Positions 26,941-39,314 of a stretch of DNA of 64,000 bases are shown in pieces. A program made the position numbers and the translations under genes. Each line of letters begins with the position of its first letter. Within the stretch, counting starts at the first letter, position 1. The notes below the pieces were generated by a model, which saw nothing but the letters and a program-made list of their open reading frames with translations, was not told the origin of the DNA and made no database searches. This stretch comes from Mobula hypostoma (Eukaryota), in assembly GCF_963921235.1 (NCBI RefSeq), contig NC_086111.1, forward strand, positions 32,054,001-32,118,000, given 5' to 3'.

Positions 26941-28989
26941 CTAGAAGATATAAAATCATCAGAAGAATTAACTAGATTTTACTCCAAGGATTTAACCTTT
27001 ATTTAAATATTATTAATCTAAATCTGACTAGTTACAATCTAGCCACTCTTGCACAGAAAGTCCAGTAGGCCTTTTACTAACTGGTTAGCCTGCAGAGAGA
27101 AGGGTAAGCTTAAAGTGCTTCTTAGGGTAGGGCTCTACATTGTCGGGATCCCTCAGTTTCCCAGAACTAGTTCACTGGTAGAAGAATCTAAAGATATGAA
27201 ACATTGTTTGGGAAGATACTGGTGATTACCTTGCATCAGAATTTTCATTTACTAGAAAAAATCAATATTGATTTTTGGTATTACAACAATTGGTCCACCG
27301 AATTGCTCAGTTAACATTTATTGAGAGAGTAATAATCACATCATAGAAGCTTCACTCAGTACTTTTGTTCCTTCCTTTCTCTAATGTTATGACCATCGCA
27401 AGGCTACTGAAATAGAACTATCATCGTACCTCCAAACTTCCAATTATCTCCTGTCAAGGGAAGGATTTGCTGCAGACATGCTGGCACATTAACAAACAAA
27501 AATGAGTACAAGACAATTAGATCTATATTTTGTGTTTTGGATAGCTCTGGGGAAAATGGTAGCGCAATAAAGGCATGTTGGGGGGGAAAGGGGCGGTAGT
27601 GGGAGAATAGCCATGCCTACACCAAGAGGCCCAGATAATGAATTTCCTCCAAACTGCCATTCAGCTTTCACTAATCAGTATAACTAAAGCAGCATTTTGT
27701 CCTAAAAGCAAACAAAAACTGATCTTATATATATATTGATTTGTTGGTGGTAGTCTCACTTACAATTAAGCCAGCATCAAAAATGCAGGGTAACAGCACA
27801 AGGTCAGCATGAGAGAGAGGTCAGATCTCCTGCACCAGTGGATGTGGATCTGGGTGAAAGCACATACACGTACACCAATTTAGTCCATGATATGGGTGAA
27901 AATAAAATACAGGGATTAAAATGCAACCAGGTTCAAAACCTGGTGCCAACAGGCCTGGAAATTTGCAAGCCCTAAAACACTACCAGAAGGACAATTGTTA
28001 ACATGCAATTTAGATATTAATGGTTGCAATGTGACAGCATAGAGGGAACCCACAAATACAGAGTCCTTCTCCAACAGACATAACTTATATTCAGGCCCTT
28101 CTCTCTGTAATTATATTGGAAGCAGTAATCTGGAGAGTGACTGAATAATGCAATTATGCAGACATAAAAATCCCTCTGATATTTTTATTCTAATTTAGTG
28201 TGCCATTTACCAAATACATTCCTGGCTACAGGAAAAGCATAATTTTTAAGAGATTTGGTGTCAAATTTAAAAATATACCAATGAAAAAGCACTGCAGAGA
28301 CTAAAAAAACAGTATGAACTTTGTTAAACATTTCTCAAACATGAAAACTTTACTATATATTTTGAGCATTTTTTTACAATGTGAAGCAGCAGTTCTCCCA
28401 TGGCTACGTACTGCAAGCTAATACTTAATTACAAGCTAGAAAATGAAACCAAAACAAAAGCACAGGAAGGTAGTAAATAGCCATACTTGATACACCAATT
28501 TACAATTACCTTGTCCAAACTACGAAACAAACTTTCAAAATTCAAAGTAATCTCTACTAATATAATTTCATCATTGGACTTCGGTCAAGATGGTGCCAGC
28601 GAACAATTCCTCAGGTGACATGTTCCAGATAGTACACAAAACTGTTTATTTCACTTCTTGTATGTCTTCCCTTTATCTTAAATGTGATTCTGAAACTGTT
28701 AAAGAGCTTGCAATTTATAGTTTGGAGATCATCTGAGTGATCAAGAACTCTACCTCCATGAACAATCCATGAGACAAGTATGGGCCTCGTGGTGAACCTT
28801 AGAGACAAGGCACAAGCCCATGAGCAACTCCATTTTGCAGATGAAAACATTTATTATTTGCTGATTAAAGCATCGAGGAAGATTGAAACACAGGCGACCT
28901 TGAAAGGCAGGCACGGGTTCAGTGATGACTACCTGCTTCTCACTACACTGTGACAGATCTCTGCCAATGAGGTGTCAGTGGTATCAACC

Positions 28990-29690
28990 AGTAGTAAATC
29001 AAGGCAACTGGACTTGCTGTGTTGTCTAGAAGACGTTTCACCACTCACCCAAGAGGCTCCTTCAGTTCTGATCATTGTGGTTTGTTTTCTGGCTTATAAA
29101 CTCTTAATTTTTTAAAGGTATAGCAATCACATGAGGGCCATTAAGGGTCAGAGGTAATGAGAAGATCATTGGTCTTATCTTTGCATGAATGGAGGTGTGA
29201 ACTGTTGTGGAGGCGCTGGGGTAGAAATACTTGGGACTGCATTGTAAGTAGCTGATAGGTGGTGTCGTACCCCACCCCCTCTGTTCAGGGATGGGTTTTC
29301 CAGTTTGACAAAGATGGTTTCGTTAACGCTGCTTTCAAATCACCTGTCCTTCCTGTCCAAGATGTGAACATTGTTATCAATGGAATATCTATTGTCCTTT
29401 AGATATAGATATACAGCCAAATCTTGACTATATATCAGCTACTTACAATGCAGTCCTAACATCTCTACCCCATTCACACCTCCACTCATGCAAAGACTAA
29501 TGACCCTCACAACCTCTACAACTCATAATGACCCTCAAGTGATTGCTACACCTTTAAGCAACCCAGTTTATAAGCTGAAAAACTACCCACCATGGATCAG
29601 AACTGAAGAGGCGTCCCAGATGAGTGATGAAATGTCTTCTAGACAACACAGCAAGTCCAGTTGCCTGATATTCAATGACCTGGATAACTG
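28990..29690. mobile_element. Penelope-like remnant with inverted pLTRs, each with a decayed hammerhead motif
   Basis: ~29000-29420 is the reverse complement of ~29430-29665; CTGAAG(A/G)...GAAA(C/T)GTC motifs at 29028-29069 (-) and 29599-29640 (+). Confidence 0.65.
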
Positions 29691-30014
29691 AGACAAGGCA
29701 TGGCAGGTGACTGCCTATCTCCCTCGCTGCTATGCCTCTGTGTTCGAGTGACTTCCCTCTCCCTCGAGGCCGGAGGATGCTACCGAAGTTCTGTGATTTA
29801 TGACTCTGGTTGGACTCTTTTAGTTTTGTCTTTTATGTTCTGTGTTTTTGCCTGTTCTTTCTTGTTGTCATCTGAGCAATTTAATCTAACGGTGGGGTTT
29901 GTTCTCAGTTTGCCCGATTTGTTTTTCTGTGTGGGGGTGTTTGATGCTCTTGCAGCCACTGCACGATTTTTACTTTTTTTTTGTATGGGGGGGCGTCATG
30001 TGTTTGGTGCTTTT

Positions 30015-30195
30015 CTTTGAACAACTTCATGGTTTTCTTTGTTTTGCAGCTAGCTGAAGACAAGCTGTATGCTGCGTACATACTTTGATAATAAATGAAT
30101 CTTTGAACAACTTCATGGTTTTCTTTGTTTTGCAGCTAGCTGAAGACAAGCTGTATGCTGCGTACATACTTTGATAATAAATGAATCTTTGAACA
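30015..30195. repeat. perfect 86-bp tandem duplication
   Basis: Unit CTTTGAACAACTTCATGG...ATAAATGAAT starts at 30015 and 30101; CTTTGAACA again at 30187. Confidence 0.9.
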
Positions 30196-30421
30196 TCTTC
30201 ACTGGAATGGTTTTTAAACTTTTCACGTGATAATGACTGTGCTTCTATGTATACCTTCTGTATCTCTGGTCCCCGATTACTCAACATGAATGAACACAAG
30301 AATGCAACTCCCACAAGTCATTCAGCAAAGTTTTCTGTCAGAATCCAAAATTTGCTTCAGCCCATACATGATTTAAAACATTAGGAATATCTTTAATTAG
30401 ATAAAGTAAAATTACACCAAC

Positions 30422-30548
30422 CTAAAATATCGCATTATTCTCAAATAGTCTTCTTGTATCCTTTGTGCTGGATCACCAACAAATCGAACTTTCTTGTTCT
30501 TCAGATCCTCATAACCATTGAAATAATCATACAAAGTACCATCAAGGC
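30422..30548 (-). CDS. TRNT1: TRNT1 coding exon 4 (127 bp)
   Basis: [43 protein letters not shown]; EDxxR template motif; AG/GT. Confidence 0.97.
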
Positions 30549-30667
30549 CTGAGAAGGAAATGAAAAACTTAATATTTCAATACACCACAATCACATCGTG
30601 GGGAAACATATTAGTATATTAATAAAAATATAACAGAAGACAGAGATACAACGTAAAACTAGAATAC

Positions 30668-30806
30668 CTAAAAACATGGAGTTGATTGTAAGGTCTCTTC
30701 GTTCCGCATCTGTCTGCCAATCTGTTGTAAACTCTACTTCAGCATGCCTTCCATCTGTTGCAACATCAACTCGCAATGTAGTAATCTCAAAGTTCTGATT
30801 ATGTAC
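30668..30806 (-). CDS. TRNT1: TRNT1 coding exon 3 (139 bp)
   Basis: [46 protein letters not shown]; RRD motif; AG/GT. Confidence 0.97.
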
Positions 30807-31115
30807 CTGAACCAGATATTCAAAATAGATACATTAAAATTTATCATGAACTCAATGACTTTATCAATCTTATTATGATCAAGTTACAACAAAAGTTACT
30901 AAACTGGCAAGAATTTCTTAGAGTGAAATAATTCAACACTTTGAGCTCACCATACTCGATTTCAGTTTACAAATAAACAAGATACTTCAAAGTATATCTG
31001 GCGATGGTTTTCACTACGGTGAAGTGGAAAGATTATATATAAGGCTCAAGATCGTAAGTTTCAAATCAGATGAAACCAGAGGGGAACATATACAGTAAGT
31101 GAATTGCTTGATATA

Positions 31116-32722
31116 CAGTTGAAGTCAGAAGTTTACATACCCTGTAGCCAAATACATTTAAACTCAGTTTTTCACAATTCCTGACATTTATTCCTAGAAA
31201 ACATCCCTTGTCTTAGGACAGTTAGGATCACTACTTTATTTTAAGGAAGTGAAATGTCAGAATAATTGTAGAGAATGGTATTTTCTTTCATCACTTTCCC
31301 AGTGGGTCAGAAGTTTACATACATGTTGTTGGTATTTGGTAGCATTGCCTTTAAATTGTTGAACTTGGGTCTAACGTTTTGGGTAATCTTCCACAAGCTT
31401 CTCACAATAAGTTGCTGGAATTTTGTTCCATTACTCCAGACAGAACTGGTGTAACTGAGTCAGGTTTGTAAGCCTCCTTGCTCACACACACTTTTTCAGT
31501 TCTGCTCACAAATTTTCTACTGGATTGAGGTCAGAGCTTTGTGATGGCCACTCCAATACCTTGACTTTGTTGTCTTTAAGCAATTTTGCCACAACGTTGG
31601 AGGTATTCTTGGGGTCGTCGTCCATTTGGAAGACTCATTTGATGTCTTGAGATGTTGCTTCAATAGAGCCACATAATTTTCCTTCCTCATGATGCTATCT
31701 ATTTTGTGAAGTGCACCAGTCCCTCCTGCAGCAAAGCACCTCCACAATATGATGCTGCCACCCCCATGCTTCACGGTTGGGATGGTATATCGGCATAACC
31801 TGAAAGGCTGCTCAGCAAGGAAGAAGCCACTGCTCCAAAACCGCCATAAAAAAAGCCAGACTACAGTTTGCAAGTGCACATGGGGACAAACATCTTACTT
31901 TTTGGAGAAATTTCCTCTGGTCTGATGAAACAAAAATTGAACTGTTTGGCCATAATGACCATGGTTATGTTTGGAGGAAAAAGGGTGAGGCTTGAAAGCC
32001 AAAGAACACCATCCCAACCGTGAAGCATGGGGATGGCAGCATCATGTTGTGGAGGTGCTTTGCTGCAAGAGGGACTGGTGCACTTCACAAAATAGATGGC
32101 ATCATGAGGAAGGAAAACTATGTGGCTATATTGAAGCAACATCTCAAGACATCAGCCAGGAAGTTAAAGCTCGGTCACAAATGGGCTTCCAAATGGACAA
32201 TGACCCCAAGCATACCTCCAAAGTTGTGGCAAAATTGCTTAAGGACAACAAAGTCAAGGTATTGGGAGTGGCCATCACAAAGCTCTGACCTCAATCCGGT
32301 AGAAACTTTGTGGGCAGAACTGAAAAAGCGTGTGCAAGCAAGGAGGCCTACAAACCTGACTCAGTTACACCAGTTCTGTCTGGAGTAATGGAACAAAATT
32401 CCAACAACTTATTGTGAGAAGCTTGTGGAAGATTATCCAAAACGTTTGACCCAAGTTGAACAATTTAAAGGCAATGCTACCAAATACCAACAACATGTAT
32501 GTAAACTTCTGACCCACTGGGAAAGTGATGAAAGAAATAAAAGCTGAAAAAAATCATTTTCTCTACTATTATTCTGACATTTCACATTCTTAAAATAGTG
32601 ATCCTAACTGACCTAAGACAGGGAATGTTTTCTAGGAATAAATGTCAGGAATTGTGAAAAACTGAGTTTAAATGTATTTGGCTATGGTGTATGTAAACTT
32701 CTGACTTATATTGCTTCAACTG
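31116..32722. mobile_element. Sleeping Beauty-subfamily Tc1 transposon, fold-back derivative with two right IR/DR ends
   Basis: Both termini read CAGTTGAAGTCAGAAGTTTACATAC with inner DR CCCAGTGGGTCAGAAGTTTACATAC; partial transposase (+, ~31787-32490) WSDETK...QMDNDPKH...SDLNPVE; inverted partial copy at 31116-31786. Confidence 0.92.
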
Positions 32723-33105
32723 ACTGCATTACTTGAATTATATTGTGGATAAATTAATAAATTGCTCATTAAGCTCCGGTGTGAGATTAGCTGTAGCACC
32801 CAATTTTTTATCCCTTAATTGCTAAGTCTACATATTCATCTGAAATGGTTTTACGGCCAGTTGTTAAATCAAGGGTAGCTGGACCATTAAAGTTATGAAT
32901 TTACCTTAATAAAACAAAATAGTCTCAATAGCTTCACAGCCCTTCCATACTCAAGATAGTTCTAAAATATATATCTTGAATAAAAGGGAAAGACTGAAAT
33001 TTGAAAGCAATCTTTTGAGACATTATTCACTGACGACAGCATTGCTAATTACAGAACGAGTCTACAGTTTCACTGAAACGGGACAGAATGGCAGTTTAGA
33101 CCTAC

Positions 33106-33299
33106 TCTTGCAGTAATGGTGCCATGCTTCTCCCCTTTGTTGTTGATCATCCGAATGCCAGCAGCTTGAAACAAATCCTTCATGTGTTCAGGGGTAGCCG
33201 TGGTGGCGAAGTCCACGTCTTCGGGCTGCTTCCCGCTTAACAAATCCCTCACGGCGCCGCCAGCTATTCTCAACTCGTGGTTGTTTTTACCGAACAATT
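33106..33299 (-). CDS. TRNT1: TRNT1 coding exon 2 (194 bp), nucleotidyltransferase motif A
   Basis: [65 protein letters not shown]; GGAVRD and DxD motifs; AG/GT. Confidence 0.97.
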
Positions 33300-33870
33300 C
33301 TGGAGGAAGTGGGGAAAGTGTACTGCGGGTTATTCCATGAGAAACAAAGGGGATGGGAATGACTGCAAAAGCCGAGAACGGGAGAAGGCTTGGAAACATC
33401 GCGCTGGTCCTGCTGCATCAGGCCTACGCAACGACGTAGTGGTCACCAATAAACCTCACTCTGCCCCTCACCTGCCACACACTTCAGGCCATCGGTAAAC
33501 AACGACTCAAACTCCACCGTCTTCAGCTGCATGGTGAACAGGCCTCGCCGCAAAGCCCAGCTCACTGCCCCGATACGCGCGGCCCGTCTCCACATCGATC
33601 GCCAGTGTTGCCACACTGCGCCTGCGCACACGGCTGGGCACGGGGGCGCGTGACTCGCCCATGTGATCGGGGCGCGCATTACGCAGCGATCCGCGTGCGC
33701 GCGCGTGACCTTCAAGATGACTTGCGCGCCTGCGAGTCGGCCGTGTTCGTGATCTGCAGGTCGTTGGAAGGTTGAAGAGATTAGTTTCGGTGTTTGAGCG
33801 GAGAACCAAAGGTTATGGTTTTCAGGATTTCAACGGGACCGATGTTTGCAGTTTGGCCGCATGTCTTGGC
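33190..33870 (-). promoter_or_regulatory. CpG island / TRNT1 promoter with NRF1-type site TGCGCCTGCGCA (33617-33628)
   Basis: CpG-dense, GC-rich patch over the TRNT1 start in a CpG-depleted background; the reverse complement TGCGCAGGCGCA fits the NRF1 motif. Confidence 0.75.
33472..33595 (-). CDS. TRNT1: CCA tRNA nucleotidyltransferase 1, first coding exon (mitochondrial presequence plus second in-frame ATG at 33532)
   Basis: MWRRAARIGAVSWALRRGLFTMQLKTVEFESLFTDGLKCVA|GTGAGG; compare human ...[23 protein letters not shown]. Confidence 0.9.
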
Positions 33871-35019
33871 TAGTTCGTTTAAGATTTTAGCACTGATCAT
33901 TGAATATAGGATGTTAAATTAACAGATCTCTTTCGCCTGCACTTTATCATATTTCAAGTCTCTAATAGCCTCACATGATCTCCAAAGGTTCATTTTGTTG
34001 TCAGAGTATACATGTGCAATACAACTATGATATTCATCATCTCCAGAGAGCCACATGAAATACAGAAAAATTACAGATGCTGTTGAAAGAAATGACATCA
34101 GCCTCCCCCTCCCCGCACGAAAGGAAAAAGAAACTAAACTCGCAAACCTCAAACTCTCCACCCCCTTCCTTGCACAAAAAAACTTAACAGATCGCCACAC
34201 GAGAAACGGCAGCTGGAATACTGAATACCAAACCCCCACCCCCTCCTCACAAAGAAACAGCAACAACATCAAACCTCCAACCCCCTGCCCACAAAAAAGA
34301 ATAGCAACAACAGCACCAAACCCCAACCTCCTCCCTCACAAAAAACAGCAACATCAAACTCCTAACCCCCTCCCCACAAAAAATATCAACAACAGCACCA
34401 AACCCCCAACCTCCTCTACCATACACAAAAGCCAACACATAGAAAAACCAACAAGAGCATCAGACCCCAAATTCCCAAACCCTCCCTCGTACAAAAACCA
34501 ACATATCACTCACCTGGAACCCCAGCCGCCAATCAGCAACAAGAAAGAAAACACAGAAAACTGAAGGAGCATAATATAAAACTACAGTCCAATAATCACA
34601 TAAATCTCAGAATTTCAAAAACATCCTTCTGCTAACACCAAGGAGAATGACTGCTCAAAATCAGGCCTTCCATGGAGAGCACCCTCCACACAGCCAACAT
34701 GTGGCCTCGACAGAGATCGACTGCTAACCTCCACATTCACCTCAAGACTTCAATCTTCCTTGACACCTTGAAATGGAGTCGATCATGGCTCCATGCCCCC
34801 ATCTCTGGTCTTCTGCACAAGATAGCCCATGCTCAGGGTCCCTTGAGAAGAGCAGAGTGCTAGATCACTGGATCGAACTCTGAACTGCAGGACACAGACT
34901 TCAACCGTCTCCAAAACACAATAGTAAAATAATTGAAGAGATTAGTTATCTGAAAGATGTCACCTGAGAAAGCGTTGTTCACTGGCACCATCTTGACCAG
35001 AAGGAGTAGAACAACCCAA

Positions 35020-35750
35020 GTTATGAATCAGAGGGAGCGTGCATTTTTGTTTTGGAAGAGTTGGAATCAAAAGCTATATTTTTATCTGAACGGACGAAGA
35101 CTGCTAGCTAATGAGTGAAGTTCAGCAGAATCTAGGCGTTCCAGTGCATAAAACACTTAACAGTTTAGCAGGCAGGTCCAACAAATAGTTAAGAATGTAA
35201 ATGGCATTTTGGCCTTCATTACAAAGAAATTGTAGTTTAACAATCAGCAGGTTTTTCTACAAAGTATTGGTGAGGTCTGGCTTGGAATTCTACATACTCT
35301 TTTGGTCTCCAGGCTTTAAAAAAAAGTATGATAATATTGGGGCCGTACAAAGTCAATTCACCATGCGAACTCCTAGGATGAGAGGGTTGTCCTGCTAAGA
35401 GAGAGATTAAATAATTTGGACCAGAGTTCAGAAGACTAAGGGGTTCAAAAGGGCCTCACCAGGTAGATGTTAAGATATTTTCATGAATGGGAGTGGGAGA
35501 GTCACAAAAATGAGAGGCTGATTATTTGAAACTGAAGTATGTAGAAATATCTGCTCGGTGGCCCAGGGGTGGTGAAGCCAAAACATTAGATGTATTTAAG
35601 GTGATGTTGGGTAAATGTGTGACAGGTTGAGGACCTGAGGGTTATGGGAAACTGGCACAATAGAGGAGTTAAGGCCAGCATAGTTCAACCACAATTATAT
35701 TGAATGATAGGGTAGGCTTGAGGAGCCTAGTAGCCAACTCCTGTTTTCTT
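35020..35750 (+). mobile_element. old CR1 LINE 3' fragment
   Basis: YKVLVRSGLEFYILFWSP-like remnant. Confidence 0.65.
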
Positions 35751-36239
35751 CTTGAATCTTAGATATATGTGCAAATAATGTAGGTGATGCCCTGAGTGAG
35801 TTTCTCATGGGTTCCCATCAGAATTAGACTTATTATGACTGACTTGTATGAAATGGAATTTGTTGATTTTGTGTCAACAGTAAAGCACAAAGACATGAAA
35901 TGACATTAAATTCCAAAAATAAATAGTGCAATATAAACAAATAATGAAGTAGGGTTCATGGACCATTCAGAAATCTGACGGCAGAGATGAAGAAGCTGTT
36001 TCTAAATCTGAGTGGTGCTATTTCACACGGAAGTTACCCCTGAGCAATATCTATCCCCCAATCAACAGAGACAAACATCCATTGTGTCTACCTGCTCCTG
36101 CCCCATTGAGGCTAATTGGTCATTGTAAATTGTCCTGAGATTAGCCTGGAGTTAAATCAGGGGTTGCTGGGTGGTGCAGCTCAAAGGGCCAGAAAGGCCT
36201 ACTCAGCACCATATCTCAATAAAACTTTAAAAAACTGTT

Positions 36240-37320
36240 TTCACAACAGGATTACATTCTATCCTCCTTGGTTCAGTCCCTTCCCACCTACATCCGCAGC
36301 CCATTATCTCTGCCTGCTCCTACCCCAACAATCTCACGTCCTCATACCTTAACTCCATTCTATCCCCCTTGATTCTCTTCCGCGGATCACCTATATTTGC
36401 GGATTGTAAATTTCAATTCCCTGGCCCTGACAACCTCACCTTCACCATGGATGCACAGTCCCTATACACATCTCTTCCCCATCTTGAAGGCCTTAAAGCT
36501 CTCCACTTCTTTCTTAATAAATGAACCAACCAGTTCCCCTCCACCCCCACTAGAACTAGTCCTCATTCACAATACTTTCTCCTTCAGCTCCTCCCACATT
36601 CTCCAGATTCGAGGCTCCAGCTATGCCTACCTTTTGCTGGCTACATAGAACAGTCCATGTTCCCAGCCTTATCCAGTAATGCTCCCCAACTCTTTGTCTG
36701 CTACATTGGTGAGACCTATCATAAATTGGGGGACCGCTTTGCCAAGCACCTCTGCACCATCTGCCAAAGGCAGAACTTCCCAGTGATCAAACCTTTTAAT
36801 TCCCATTCCCATTCCCGTTCCGACATGCCCGTCCATGGCCTCCTCTTGTGCCACAATGAAGCCACCCTCAGGGTGGAGGAGTAGCACCTTATATTCCATC
36901 TGGGTAGCTTCAAACCTGATAGCATGAATATCGATTTCTCCCTAGTTAAAAAAAATTCTCCCCCAATCCCCCTCCCCCATTCTTCTATTCCCCCCTCTGG
37001 CCCTTTACCTTTTCTCACCTGCCTACACCCCCCTCCCGGTACCTCTCCTCCTTACCATTCTCCTATAGATTACTCTCCTCTCCTATCAGATTTCTTCCTC
37101 TCCAGCCCTTTACCTTTCCTACCCACCTGGCTTATCCAATCACATTCTAGCTAACCACCTTCCCCTCCCCCTCACCTTCTCATGCTGGCATTTTCCCCCT
37201 TCCATTTCTGTCATGAAGAAGGGTCTCAGCCCGAAATGTTGATTGTTTGTTCATTTCCATGAATGCTACCTGACCTGCTGAGTTCTTTGAGCTTTGGATT
37301 TACATCATTTGCAGAATCTC
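36240..37320 (+). mobile_element. Penelope-like element remnant (RT fragments, GIY-YIG, pLTR)
   Basis: YIGETYHKLGDRFAKHL...PFNSHSHS; pyrimidine-rich 3' region ending in the same GAAGGGTCTCAGCCCGAAATGTTGA hammerhead-like tail as 23826. Confidence 0.75.
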
Positions 37321-39314
37321 CCATGTTACAGATTATCTGACCATAATCACTTTTTATTTGCACCATACAAATGACAGTCAAGTACCATCTCCATCAAGAG
37401 GGACTATAACCAGAAATTAACGACAAGTAAAGACATTATCATTGCTGACTTCCTCATCATGATCATCCTTGGAGACACCATAGGTCAGGAGATTCAATCT
37501 GTCCAGCCACAGAGACTAAAAGGGCAGATCACAAGCTGAGTGTTATATACTTAGCAACTCACTCTCTGTTATCCCCAGAGCCTTTTTATTCATCCAGAAG
37601 ACACAAGTCAGAAAGTGCGATGGAATTTTTGCCTGGGTGTATGCAGTTTGAGCCACACTTAGGAAGCGTAACAGGATTCTGGACAAAGCAGCTGCTTAAT
37701 TGACAACAGACCCTGAACAATTTCTCCTCCTCCTCCCAATCATCTGGACTATTCCACCAACATATCCAAAAGTCAAGGTACGTTGAATTATGAAGGACAG
37801 CAGGTGCATGAAAACACATTCCCATCATGCTATTTACCACCCTGACTTTAAAATATTTTGCCGTTTCTTCATTGTTGCATATAAATTCTGAAGTACTCTA
37901 CCAAATAGTATTCTTTACAAAGAAGACCAGTAATTCAAGATATAATTTATCACACCTTCTCAGTGTCAGTAATGGGCAATAAGCATTCATCTTGCGAGTG
38001 ATGCCTGCATCCTGAAAGATGAATAAAGAAAATATTTTGCCACTTGATTTTGAAGGGGTAAATATTAGTTCAAAACTTGTTATTGCTTCATTATTTAACA
38101 AATTTAAAGAAATATAATATGACATTTGTATTGCAGTTGGTTAGCAGTTGGGCTAAAGCCAGCTGCAATAAAATAAGGCTATTGCATGAGAGTTGGTAAC
38201 TGGAGTGATTACCAATATTAAAACTAAGGTATAAAACTCTACGTGAAAAATATAGCTATTATTGCACATTTGAATACAAAATCTTTCTGTGATCTCACAA
38301 TGCAAAAATATATATATATGGCTGTCTTTGACAGTAAGATACAATTTGCATTTAACTGGTAGTTTATTACATCTTCCCAGTTTTCCAAAGCCTTTCATTA
38401 CTAATTAATTACTGAACTTTTTTGGGAAAACCAGATTTTGACATTTAATTGGCAGATGTGCACTTGATGTTTGGCTACACTAATAAAAACGGAAGATGCT
38501 GACAGACCTCCTGAATGTTTGAGTTTTTGACCTGAAATTGAATCCCTGTTTCTCCTGCCTTGGATCCTGTCTGATGAATGTTTCCAGCATTTTCTGTGTT
38601 AAATTTCCGATTTCCAGCATCTACAAATTTTTTTAATTTTAACTTTTCTTTACCCTGGGATCTGAATTTGCATTGTACATACAGTACATTCCTGGAATAA
38701 GAATATACTTTCTAGAACACAGGAGGGAAATAACAGCAATACATTCAACATGTCATGTGTCATGTTTAACTCTTTAAGAGGGCCATTCAAATTCCTAGAT
38801 TTTACCTAATGTTGTTAGGCATTCAGTTGAAAACAGCAAAACATCAACGGTATAACACTTTGGATCGTGGAGGAAACTTGGTAACCATTGTATACTGTAC
38901 TGAGAATAGTACTTTTTTCATGAACAAAAATAAAAATATAATACTTAGTTTTGAATATTGTACTATGGAAATATTGCTCCATTCAATGCATTCTGGCATT
39001 GTGATCATATTGAGTTTGGTGACTGCAAAGTTCTAAACTCAAATGAAGCCCCTAAGCCCTATCGAATATAAATAGTAATGTGTATACTTACTAAAGGGAG
39101 ATTATACTGTAGCTACCTAATCTCACAGACTAGTTCACTTTCGTGTTTATGGTGAGTTTAGCTTCCACTGTTCAAGAGGTAGGTCTTCTTTCGCTTCCAA
39201 TGAGAAGATATTTCCAGCTAACAAAGTAGTTTAATATACAGTTCATTTAAATTCAGTGGTACACATTTAAATCCAAGCAACCTTTTTAAAACATATTTGA
39301 AACTTAGAGGATCT

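Noticed and set aside
34055-34564. 169-aa Pro/Thr/Lys-rich ORF divergent from the TRNT1 promoter
   Set aside because: Arises from low-complexity ~60-bp internal repeats of a non-autonomous repeat; no domain or splice support.
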